The notes under the pieces are model-generated. The model was given only the letters and a program-made list of their open reading frames with translations, made no database searches and was not told the origin of the DNA. Both the position numbers and the translations under genes were made by a program. Below, in pieces: positions 37,304-48,925 of a stretch of 64,000 nucleotides of DNA (position 1 is the stretch's first letter; each line of letters opens with the position of its first letter). The DNA is taken from the NCBI GenBank assembly GCA_964187785.1, contig OZ076409.1:7194001-7258000 (forward strand), in the 5' to 3' direction. The stretch is from Amphiscolops sp. MND2022 (Eukaryota).

Positions 37304-38322
37304 GCCATGCCTGATGCATGAGAATACCGAATAAAGATGTGGTTAACTACACAACATCCAAGAAACGAAACAAACCAACAGACGATACGGGAGAATAGTT
37401 GAAGGAAAAGAATGTAGTTTACCACACAGCATCATCAAACCTGAAATTCAAAACTTTCACATAAACCATTCATATTTAGTTTTTCAAATAGTTTCGTCCA
37501 TCTGCAACCATAATCATAAACTTGCTACATGTACCTTCCAAAACAACTTTATGATACACTATATGATGTAGTTGGCACGCCATCATCAGATTTCCATTCA
37601 ATGCAGTTAGTCATGTAACCATCATTTATATATAATGTTCTAGTCATACGATGTAGGTAGCATAACCACATTGCCGTGCTGTGCGAACATACCAATTAGT
37701 GAGTCATGTAACCATAGTAACGAAAGTACATTATATTCCAGTGCAGTGTTAAACTAAAACTCAAATTGCGCAATTACCAACCAAGGTGTGAATGAACGCA
37801 AGAGTATGATTGGTTGATGTGGTCACGTGACCATCGTCGCCATAATTGACACCAGACAATATAGTACCACCAGTAGAAATTGGATAGTTAGAAACGTGCA
37901 GTTGCTTACTACATCAGTATATTGATATTACAATTTTCAACATTTGTCAACTTATTACCTACAATAACCAATAAAACTTCAAACTCTTACACCTTCATTT
38001 ATGGTCAATACTAGATCCAAGACGATCAAAAAAACACCTACGAATATGGACGGAATAGACAGGTATAGCGGTACCGAAAGCGAAAGTAGCATTCCTGAAG
38101 TACTGACCAGAGATCAGATTAGAGAATTCGACGACGGAAACTTACTACATAGTAGAAATGAACCAGAACAATTGTCTGTGAATCAAAGGTTCTCTGAGAT
38201 GAACAGGCAGATAACAGAGTTAAGAAATCTCGTGCTGATACTTACGGAGAAAATTTCCTCTAGCAATAGAGAAGGGAACGACCTCAATACGGTCTCAGTA
38301 GGACATGAGACCCGTTCCGACA
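37304..38322 (+). repeat. Inverted copy of the element 2 3' end (pre-PPT sequence, PPT, full LTR 37413-38322)
   Basis: Reverse complement of 24252-25268, joined to a 184-bp U5 remnant (37120-37303). Confidence 0.9.
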
Positions 38323-39528
38323 CTGTGCGACTTTCGTTCAATTTTTTTTCCACCAAAGGGTCCCTCCTTCAATTTTTTTGGAGTTTTTCAACAGTCTGGA
38401 TGTTGAAAAATCCCAAAGGGTCCCCCTTCCAGTTTCTTCGGCATTATGAGACTTTTTTCAAAACGTTTCTTCATAAAAGGGTCCCCAGTTCACCAATACT
38501 TTGACATTTTGATGTCCTTCTGCTATTTTTGATCCTTAGATATGGCGCCGACTTGGGTCGTTCCCGGCTTGTTATACACATATGTGTATTATCTTTAGTT
38601 CTGTTACGGAACCATTATTGCTACCATTTTGAAAGAGTATAGTTTGGCATACAAAAGAGATCAGTACTTAAAACTTGTTTTCATCTAACCAAGTAGAAAT
38701 TGAACACTTGTAATTTCGTCGAAGCAATATTTTACGGAGTAAAAATTGAACAATATGCATAAGCTGATCATTTTGCGGTGTAAATTCTTCAGAGGGCGTT
38801 TTCAGAAAATGTTTTAATTTCAAAAGTCAGAGATCAGAATCGAAGTGGCAAAGTTTGTGCCGAACACTTTTTGCGAAGAACAGCGCTTCTCGAGATAATG
38901 CATGATATCAAAATCCCAGAAGTCTAAAAATAACGAAGCGTTTTGTTAGTTTCTTTTGTTGTTTTTGTGTGAGTTCAAAACAGAAATAGCCCTGTTGCTC
39001 CAATTACTTTTGTGTCTAAGATTCTGTACAATTTTATTGCGATTTCAATCAAGTTGAGATTTGAAATTGAGTATCTTTAGCTTTTTTTGTATCCTGGTGA
39101 AGAAAAACGTGAAGAGAGTGTAATAAACTCGTGTGAAATTTTTGCAAGATTATGCAAGATTATGCAAGAAGCAGATTACGCTGTTTGATTCGTGCTTACT
39201 ACAAAAGGAAAATTTGAAAGAAGAGAACCATTATTTGTGTTTTTTTTTAGATTGAGATGACCCTATTTTGGTTTCTTTCAAAAGAAGTCAAATTTGATAC
39301 ATTAAACATCAAGCATGATAGAGCTTATTAGTACTGTTTCTTAAGCTAATAAAACTATACCGCATTTTTGAAAATCAAATTTCGTTAATGGCAAAACAAT
39401 GTCATCTTGCAGTGTTCCCAGTTTGGTTTTTGATTGGTGGAGACTCTTGAAGCACCCAATAGTCTTTAAAAGAGATTTTGAAGTTTCTGAAAATTTACTG
39501 CCTTGAATGTGAGGTTGTGTTTTCTCAG

Positions 39529-39643
39529 AACGCTTGAGGACAAAGAAGCCCAAAAGTTGCAGCCAATGAGAAGCGTGAGTCAATTGGTGAAGGTTCAGCC
39601 CACATCCCCGTGTTTCTCCGAAAACTTGTGCAGCGAAATATCG
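39529..39643 (+). CDS. Putative host gene exon D
   Basis: TGTGTTTTCTCAG acceptor, TCG|GTAAAT donor; TLEDKEAQKLQPMRSVSQLVKVQPTSPCFSENLCSEIS; phase 2 to 0. Confidence 0.5.
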
Positions 39644-39676
39644 GTAAATTCACAAGTATTATACTTTGTAGGTTGG

Positions 39677-40377
39677 AACAAGACGGGAACGTCTAAGGTC
39701 GACGCTATATCTAAGGCAAAAAGTGAATCCTTGCAGAAATTGAATGAAGGTATTTTAAAACATACTTGCAATCTAACAATTAATAGTTTGAAGAAAGAGT
39801 TTTTCAGCTAAATATCGATTTCAAAAACTGCGGTTTTGCGATTAACAAAAAAAGTTTTTAACATTGTAAAAGGGGGATCTCTGGGCTTTTTGAGGATTCA
39901 GTTTATTGCAAAATATCAAAAAAAAATTGAAGGGGGACCCTTTGGAGACGTTATTAAGTTTTCGAAAAAAAAACGAAAAATGAGAATTTTGAAATAGTTT
40001 CAAAAGGGGAGACCCTTTGGGCTTTTTGAAACTTAAGTTTGCCGCATACTATCAAAAAACTTGAAGGGGGATCCATTGGAGACAAAAAGTCTCACGAAAA
40101 AATTTCGAAAAAAGTTGCACATTGCAGAAAAAAATTCAAAGGGAGGAACCTATAGTCTTACCCCGTTTTGTATCTTATGTTAAAAGTGGAGTAAATCAAA
40201 GGGGGACACTTTGCACTAACTTATATGCGTTTCCGGTTGCTTTTCCAGTAGTTTAGTAGTTCTGTAAAAAGAAGTGTCCACTACGCATTCTGTTATCTGA
40301 CGAAAAAAAGCAAGAAAAAACTTGCCACTGTATTAGTCGGGCTTTTTTCCATAAAAGGAAAACGCGCCAACTAAAAA
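39677..40377 (-). mobile_element. HINE/Helentron-like repeat
   Basis: AACAAGACGGGAACGTCT...GCGCCAACTAAAAA termini; GGGGACCC subrepeats. Confidence 0.65.
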
Positions 40378-40563
40378 TGTTACTTTTGTCTTGGCTTTTT
40401 CCTCAATGTAGCGTGAGTTTTGGGCCAATGCTTTTAGCTGGTACTGAAATTGTCAGACTATTAAAGTCATTTTTTCAAAACACACCAATGCGATGTAAGC
40501 GGCTAGGGCGGCAGAAATGGCAATTAGCATGTGGTTAGCGCTTTGGCTTCCCCTTCTGGTGTT

Positions 40564-40740
40564 TTTTCGGAACTGTGCGACTGTTTCCAAAAAAACTTTT
40601 TTTTTCATTCCACCAAAGGGTGCCACTTTGGTTTTGTGAAAGCTTTATCTTTTGTCAACTAAAGTCACCACAAAACCAAAGTGGGACCCTTTGGTGGAAT
40701 GAAAAAAGTTTTTTTGGAAACAGTCGCACAGTGCCGAAAA
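40564..40740. repeat. Fold-back inverted repeat (~75-bp arms, ~30-bp spacer)
   Basis: 40564-40638 is the near-perfect reverse complement of 40669-40740. Confidence 0.85.
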
Positions 40741-40897
40741 AATAATGCTAAAACTTTTATGATGAAGCAAGGCTCAAACAGCTCAGAGTGTTTTATATAA
40801 GCACAAAGGTATTTCGGTGTAATCTGAAAAATCTCACGGTGTTGAAAATTTTCAAAGGAGGAACTCTTTGATCTCTTACAAAAGTGCCTTTGGTATG

Positions 40898-42469
40898 TGT
40901 CCCAGGCGTCCGCCTGTGATGGAAATCTTTATGCAATTAGTCACGACTACAGGAAGGCGCAGCCCAACACCCTCCCACTGAATTAAGTCTTACAAGCAAA
41001 ACTATATTTGTTGCCTTAAAAGTCATGTAAAATCCTATATATTTCATTTTGTACAAGCTATATTATGTAATTCTATGTATTAATACGAGTTAATTGGACA
41101 CCAAGGCGTACAGGTAAAGGAAACGCGTTCAAATGTTTTCTTGCCTGTCGCCTTGGTCCGCAAGTCCGATTAACTCGTCATCCAATCATAGCGCAGTGTT
41201 ATGTAACCTTTACTCGTGCTAGCATAATAGATTAAAGGACCAGACAGCTATATGCCGCCTGCTAATAAAACGCCGGGCTGTACCAGTCTATTGGACACTG
41301 AGTCCGCGCTTTAATTGAGAGTGCTATTCTAACTAGCAGTACTGGTTATGTAATAATTAATCTTTTGATAACTAATAAAAGGCGCTATTGGTCCTCAAAG
41401 GACTGATTTAATATTTTAGACTTAGTTTGATGGTGTTGCTTCGTATGTAATTTGCGCAATATATTTAGTTTAGAATATATGTAAAATTACTATCTATACA
41501 TGTAGTAAGCATTTCATACATGTAATATGTATTTCATACATGTAGTACGTTGCTTAGTATGCATGTAAGCAGTTGCTTGTCCTAACGGACTCATGGTCCC
41601 GCCGCCATATTTGCCGCCAAGAGGGACCTTTGATCTATATGATGTAATGTTGACGTTGCCTGCTATTTATAGATTGTAGCTATATTTAGAAAGCCCTTAA
41701 GGCTATTTTTAGAATATGATCACCATTTTATTGAGTGTCATGTAGATTCAAATATATATAACCGGGACTGGTGGTCCCGGGGAGAGAATTATTCTGATGA
41801 TACTTTGATACGTTACTGTTGCATTACTGTTGCGAATTGTTTATTAAAACTACCCGTTCATTTTCACTTTGCAAGCCCGAGATATTAATTTAAATTCTTG
41901 CCTCTTGCAATAATCTCTTATGCATTCTACTAGACGTCAAAAGGCTAAAGCTAGGAGATCTAGAGAAATGGACATGCTGTCCGACTATGATAACCTAGAC
42001 GTGATGTTGGGAAATGAAAATAATAATCCCATTGAAAGAGAACTAGCCGATGTGATAGATCAGTCATCGGCCCACGGGGACGATGATACAAACGTGTACC
42101 ATGAAAATGAGTTTAGAGATTACTTACATGAAAATGAACCTTTGAGGCAAAATGAAGTCAGGCAATCCTTTGAGGCCTTTTCAAGTGAGTTTAATCTTAG
42201 ATTGTCTCAAGAAATGGAATCTATGATGTCAATAATGCATAGCCAAATAAATAGGGCTATAACAACAGCTATAGCTGAAAGAGTTATTCCAGAAATCCAG
42301 AATATTGCGAACTCGATGTCCTCTATGGGACACAGGGACACTGAGGCCAGTTCGTCCCCAAATAGTCAGGAGAACAGGGAAAGCGCACCCGGGCCTAAAC
42401 TAAAAATTGCAAAGAAAGATTCAAGATCTGTAGGTGACTTAAGAGATACCATAGGTCATGGTTCTTACA
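40898..42469 (+). repeat. 5' LTR of element 3 (1572 bp)
   Basis: About 11 substitutions and one TA indel versus the 3' LTR by eye; TATA-like 41753-41760; ATTAAA 41843; gag ATG 41920. Confidence 0.96.
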
Positions 42470-43609
42470 TGGTGACAGGAGCTACCGACACCCAACCGCA
42501 AATTCCCGAATTTCTGACCGGACGAATCCACTCAATCCCGAACCTAGAGAGACAACAATCCACACACAATATCTCTCTGGACACGACTCTGCCAGCCCCG
42601 GCCCCAGAGGCTCCTGAACCTCCTCAGGACCCGTTTAATAGACTAGCCGACGTATTGGTCAATTTGCAAAACAAACCGCAATCTATGACCATCAGACCCG
42701 TACAAACAACCCCGATGACATTTGATGGTAAAAGTGAAAAATTTGAGCTCTTTGAGGACTTGTTCCATACGATGATCAAAATGCAGCCCACAATGACAGA
42801 ACAAATGAAAATTAATCACTTTCATTCTTTGCTACGAAAGGGAGCATTACAGACATTCAGGAACATAAACTCAATCAACCGTCAAACTCTCGAGGACGTA
42901 CTGGTCATATTCCGGAGGAAATATGTCAAACCGGAATCACAAGCAACGGCAAAGCATAAATGGCACCGATTGACCTTCGATCCAAGTACAATGAAACTAC
43001 CAGACTTCTTGGAAGAACTGAACCAAGGTGCAGAAAAAGCATTTGGGGAAAACGCTAAAAGCATGATTGACAGCTTGTTATACGCGAAATTACCCCCAAA
43101 ACTGAAACGATCTGTCAACATGGCCCGTCTGGAGAACGGCACGTATGAAGAAATAGTCGCTCATCTTGAAAGAGAACTGGAACTCAATGCATTAGAAGAG
43201 TCAGATGATCTGCCAATGGCCACTATGGCCTCGGCGTCCACGAGCCATAACAATTTACTGTCCAATGGCATCAACACAAATAAAGACGCCCAATGCTCAT
43301 ACTGCAAGGCGACGGGTCACTATTACAAAAACTGCCCGAAACTCAAGAAGAAAAAGGAAACGGAGGACAAAGACGGTGAAAAAACCTCAGCGTCCAACTT
43401 ACCCACCGTGTGACACATGTGGCAAAAAGAACCACCCAACCGAAAGGAGCTGGCAAGGCGCTGGCGCCCACCTGCGACCCAAAAGGATGCAGACAGAACA
43501 AAATGACCGAAATGCTATAGACTCCGAAGGAAAGCCTAAAAAAGCAAATGACCCAGAAACGGCTACTTCAAGCCGACCCAATACTAAAAAATCTGATTCA
43601 AAAAACTAA
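41920..43609 (+). CDS. gag of element 3 (one frameshift near 43380)
   Basis: FDGKSEKFELFEDLF capsid-like motif; CSYCKATGHYYKNC; second, degenerate knuckle CDTCGKKNHPTERSW in the shifted frame. Confidence 0.9.
42470..42482 (+). promoter_or_regulatory. PBS of element 3 (TGGTGACAGGAGC), inside the gag frame
   Basis: Directly after the LTR end TTACA, where the 5' and 3' copies diverge. Confidence 0.9.
43600..43606 (+). promoter_or_regulatory. -1 ribosomal frameshift slippery site A AAA AAC
   Basis: Canonical X XXY YYZ just before the gag stop; the -1 frame continues into the 43612 ORF. Confidence 0.75.
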
Positions 43610-43611
43610 TT

Positions 43612-46600
43612 TTGCCACGACTCCAAATACATGACTATATGTCGGTTCGACAATATGTCATTTCAGACCCTCCAATAATCAAATACAGCCAAACAATCAA
43701 GGATACAAAAGGAATTCCCACTGTTGTCTGGCAGCAACAAATGGAAAAAGCCTGTATTCGAACTTATAAAATAGTACATAATGATCGTCCAGACCGATTT
43801 TACGAAATCGACTATACTATGAGACTCAATTCCGTCCCTTACCCTTGATCGAAGATTATCACCCTCAATACCCCGATCCTGATTACGGCAAAGACCCGTA
43901 TTGGGACGACGAACTCTACGACAGACAAAAACTCCAGTTTAGACAAGACGAATATCCACCAACGGACGACGAGGATGATCCCCCGATAGTGGACAACAAA
44001 CTATCCAGGGCCCTCATTGAACTTTGGCAGCCAAATTCCGAAGCACTGTTAGAAGAAATAGAGGAAACTCAAGAGCAAGAAGACTTTCAAGGCCCCGACA
44101 GCCTTTTAGACGAAACAGCCTTCTTGCACATCCTAGTGGAAAAACAAGGAGAACCGTCATACGTTCCCCTCTCCACCAACCTTGGCCTCAAAATCAAAAG
44201 GCGGATGCTATATTTCCCAATGGACTTTGGAGAACTAACATTAGATGGTCTCATAGACACTGGGGCCCACTCCAGCGCGATACCAGAAGCTGACTTTAGG
44301 AAAAAACGGCTACTTGCACCCCAATCAATAGTGAAAGAGGGTCCTGCCCCGTCATTCCAAATTATGGTCGCAAATGGAGACCTGGAAACTCCGAAGAGTA
44401 CAGTAGAACTGAAGTTCGAAGTAGGGTACATAGAGTTCCACGAAATCTTCATAGTGATGGAAAAATTATCCAGCCCCATAATTGGACTTATGTTCTTACA
44501 AAGAAACCACACAGTCCTAGATATGCGCCAAGGCATACTTAACTTCCCCTTCTTCTCGATGCAATTGAAAACAGCTGACCATAAGTACTCCAATGTAATG
44601 GAACCTATCCTCAACCCCGAGGATATAACGATTCCGCCAAATGGACGTACAATCATCCCTATCCAATCTCAAATTTATGCAGAAAAGGCTGTCACTGGAA
44701 TCTTACAACCCAGTGACCTTCTAAACGAAGAAAATGATATAACATTTTGTGCCGCCATAGTCACACTGGACGAAGGGACTACGAGGATCCATGTCAACAA
44801 CTTCACAGACCAGCCCTTTAAACTCAAAAAAGGGATGCACATAGCGAATTTCTCAGTGATGACTCCAGAGCAAATGAAACACGTTAGGCCAATAGACCCA
44901 GTGTCCACTTGGCACCTACTCAATGAAAATGAAGAAGATGCTATTTATTATATCAGCAGCCTTCTCAAAGCCAACACGAACAATGACCAATACGAACAAT
45001 ACTGGTTTCCAACAACCGAAAACCCAGGGGACGCAGAGTCACATACTCCAATACAAAAGAGAATTCTTAGAGAATTACGAAACCTGCAAGAAGCAGAAAA
45101 ACTAAATCCACAAGACAATGAAGAATCTCGACAAAAATTCCTCAGTAACTTTGACTGGAAGGACTCAATGCTACAATAGCATGAAATCAAACAGATAGAA
45201 GCGCTATTAGTCGAATTTTACGACATATTTGCCCGTCATAGGTTTGACATTGGTATGAATGAGGAGTTCACGGTCAAATTGACCCCGAAGGACGACTCTC
45301 CTGCCTACAGCCAGAGCTTACCAACTCCGGTCAATTTAAAAGAGGACATATTGGTCGAATTAGCGTCACTACACAAATATGGTATTATAACAACATTACC
45401 ATTCTCAAAGTACGCTAGCCCTATCTTTGCACAAAAGAAGCCCAATGGGAAACTGCGACTACTGGTAGACCTCCGGAAGATCAACTATCTCATTTCTGAC
45501 GACTATATCAACAACAACCATCCAGTCAGCACCTTAACGGACGCTGCACAACATATGGCCGGAAAGAAACTTTTCTGTAAGCTTGACTGTTCGCAAACGT
45601 ACCATTGCCTTCAAATGGCGGACCAACGGTCTATAGAGATGTTGGCCTTCAACTTTGCCAGCCGAACGTTTGCATATCGAAGATTGGTCCAAGGTCTCAG
45701 TAGAGCCTTATCGGCATTCTCCAGTTTTATGAGAGAATATTTGGACCGTGTCATCAAAGCCGATCAATGTGCCCAATACGTGGATGATATTGGCATCGCG
45801 GCCAACGACGCTGAGCATCTCATTAAAAATCTCAGAGCAACTTTCGAATGCATCCGAGAGGCTGGATTGAAATTAACGATGCATAAATGCCACTTCGGAG
45901 CAACTGAGATTGATTTCTTAGGAAGGACAATCACCCCTGAGGGTGTCAAGCCCCAGAAGGAACGAGTCATACAATTCCTAGAAAAAACGAAATTCCCAAA
46001 ATCCAAAAAAGCCTTACAACGTTACCTCGGATTCCTTAATTATTATAGAAACTACATACCGAGGTTATCAGAAAAATTAGTCCCTTTCTTTCAACTATTA
46101 AAGAAGGACGAAAAGGTCTTAGTCACAACGGAATTGATTGAAAAATTCAACGAGATCAATAGAGATTTGGACAGATGCACCCAGCTAGCCCTGAGGCAGC
46201 CCTTGCCAAATCGACAGCTAGTCCTGATGACAGATGCTAGCTTCACAGCAGCCGGATATGCTATACTTACTGAAGATGATCCAAATCAGAAATTTACCTC
46301 AACCAAGAAATCCTATGCGCCTATTGCATATGGTTCAAAAACTTTTACTCCTTCACAGCTTAACATGTCAATTTATGCGAAGGAATTTTTAGCCATCTAT
46401 TACGCCTTCAAAGAATTTGGACATATATTCTGGGGCACACCTAAGCCGGTGATTATCCTCACAGACAACAAATCGGTCACAAGGTTCTTCCAGACTAAAA
46501 TAATACCGCCGCCATTATGGAACGCGTGTGACTTTGTTATTCAGTTCAATTTCACTATAGCGCACATTCCAGGCAAAAACAACACAGCGGCGGACTACCT

Positions 46601-48692
46601 GTCCCGCATGGAAATGGACCCCACTGAAAAGTTAGTCCTAAAAATCCGAGCGGACGTTGAAACCCAACCTATTGAAGTTAATGTCCAATCAGCCGGCATG
46701 TCTGAAGAAGAACAAGTGTTCTTTACAGAAGAAGACAATGAAACAGAAGAACAAATTTGGGAAAGGAAAAAACAATCAAAAGCAGGACTCAAGGTCGATG
46801 AGACCGTCATCCAAATCGATACCATATCTGAAAATGTAGTAGATGAAATTACCAATTTCACTCAGAAACTACGCAGAACCAACCAAATACTACTAGAACA
46901 ATCCAAAGATCCGATCTTGCTTCATTTAAAAGCAAAAATTCAAAATGAAGAATACTCTGAAGAAATCCTTCAGCAGGACATTCGGTATAAACATTATTTA
47001 AATAACTTAGACCGTATAGTCCTCAAGGACGAAATAGTGACCCGACAGTATTACGACGAAACGGGACAAATCAAATACCACCAAATCTTACTGCCAAAGC
47101 ACCTGTTGAAAGAACTACTGCAAGCAATACATGGCACGGCACATCGACATCCAGGCATCTCTAAAATGCTGCAAGAGATCCGCCAAAAATACTACTACCC
47201 TGGCATAGCAAAATACGTTAAAAAATGGGTAGAAGGATGCGAAACGTGCGCTAGAGACAAAAGAGTCCCAAATAATACAATTACACCAGAATTGTTAAAC
47301 TTACCCGAATGGGACCTTGGTCCAGAAGATGCCATGCAGATAGACTTATTACCAAACTTACCGACTAGTGGCGGATACCAGACGGTGATGACGGCTATAG
47401 ATGTATTCTCAAGATACTTATTCGCCTACCCGCTAATTGAGGCAACAGCCACGAATGTAGCCAAGGTGATAATTGATATCATGACGAAACATTCATATTT
47501 ACCAACAACTCTCATCACAGACAAAGGGTCTGCATTTACATCGACCATCATAGCTGAGATAACTCAAATTTTGGGTATAACACTCAAATGCGCTACTACA
47601 AAGCACCCGCAAACAATTGGCAAACTCGAAAGGACCCATGCCTCACTCAAAACAAATTTGAAAATGGCCTCAGGGGAATATCGACGCCAATGGCATAAAT
47701 ATTTACCATTAGCAGTACTCAACTACAATACCACATACCACTCTAGTATTGGATGTGAACCGAGCAAAGTCTTCCACGGCCGGATTCCCTATAACGTCCT
47801 AGACCACAAATTGGGAAATAACCCCAATAAAAATTTTCTGCCAACTACAGAATTTGCGGAGGAAGTACAGCAGAGGACACAAATCCTCATTGATCAAACA
47901 AAAAAGAACATAATGCAGTCTTATTTGAAATATAAGGACTATTACGACCGAAAGGCAAAGGCTGCCCCGCTTAAAGAAAAGGACTACTGTTTTAATCTAC
48001 AGCCTAAAGCGGACAGTCAGGCATCAAAAATTCCTTTCAGGGAATACAGATGGATTGGCCCGTTCGTCATACAGAAAGTACTGTCCAACGACAATTATAT
48101 TGTCCGTCGCCTAAACACAAACAAAACTCAAATACTTCATCGCATTAGACTAAAGAAATTCGTCCCGAATGCCCCTTTAGAGGACAAATACGATGGAGAA
48201 AAATTACAACCTGACAATGAGATAGTAATCCCGCAAGACGATTTGTACACTATCTCATGGGAAGTAGACTTTGAGTACGACTTATTTGAACCGAGGAAGG
48301 AAAATTGGACAGACGTGGCCACACGCCGGCCGACGGACGCCGAGTCCACTAATACGGACAATGACGTTACCGACGAGGAAAGCGCTAGCAATGAAAGCTG
48401 CAGCGAGCGCACGACAAGAAATGACGTCACCGAGAAGCAAATGAGACCGCGAGAGAACAATAGCAGTGACGAACCGTCCCCGCCGAATGAAACGCCAAAT
48501 GGGACTGAGAATGAAAATGACGTCACTAATGATTTAAAAGATACGGAAAACGTTTCAAATACAGGCGCAGATATTACCGTGCCCGGAATATCAGAAAATG
48601 GAAATTCAAATGAAAATTCGAGCCCTAGAGGAGGGAAATACAATCTTCGACCTAACCCTACCCCCAACTTTACTGATGAATACAGATACTAG
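43612..48692 (+). pseudogene. pol of element 3 (PR, dUTPase-like, RT, RH, IN) with a frameshift near 43845 and an in-frame TAG at 45177
   Basis: LIDTGA, QYVDD, MTDAS, HGTAHRH...CETC, TDKGS, GKLER, WIGPF. Confidence 0.95.
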
Positions 48693-48925
48693 TCAGAAAA
48701 TTAAATTACTAGTCCCCTCCCTTTACTTCTAGCCCTTGAGGACTTTTATTTTTTACTTGGGACTACTCTGACTGATTTTTTACCGATTACTGAAACGATT
48801 ATATACAAAAAGAGAGACTCAGTGGCGAATAATACAAAGCCACGCAAACAAGCAACAAAGAAGAAATTATACAAAACAGTTTACAGAAACTACAAAGTCT
48901 AGAAACAAATGTACTCTTTGTACAT

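Larger units (their letters stand above)
24252..38322 (-). mobile_element. Ty3/Gypsy element 2, defective, with inverted termini
   Basis: TSD CTGTG at 24247-24251 and 38323-38327; ends TGTCGGAACGGG...CCCGTTCCGACA; gag, RT (QYVDD), RH (MCDAS) and IN (HGDPMQGH, TDKGS) fragments. Confidence 0.93.
24005..38573 (+). mobile_element. HINE-like repeat split by element 2 (24005-24251 + 38323-38573)
   Basis: Joining the flanks at CTGTG restores a copy colinear with 19433-19862. Confidence 0.75.

Noticed and set aside
24252..38322. DIRS-like or TIR DNA-transposon reading of the inverted ends
   Set aside because: The element has a DDE integrase, PBS, PPT and a 5-bp TSD, and no tyrosine recombinase was seen.
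41760..41830. Hammerhead ribozyme at CTGATGA near the LTR hairpin CCGGGAC...GTCCCGG
   Set aside because: No correctly placed GAAA or stem II/III.
45177..45179. Programmed readthrough at the in-frame TAG in pol
   Set aside because: Element 2 has a sense codon at the equivalent position; a CAG-to-TAG mutation is simpler.
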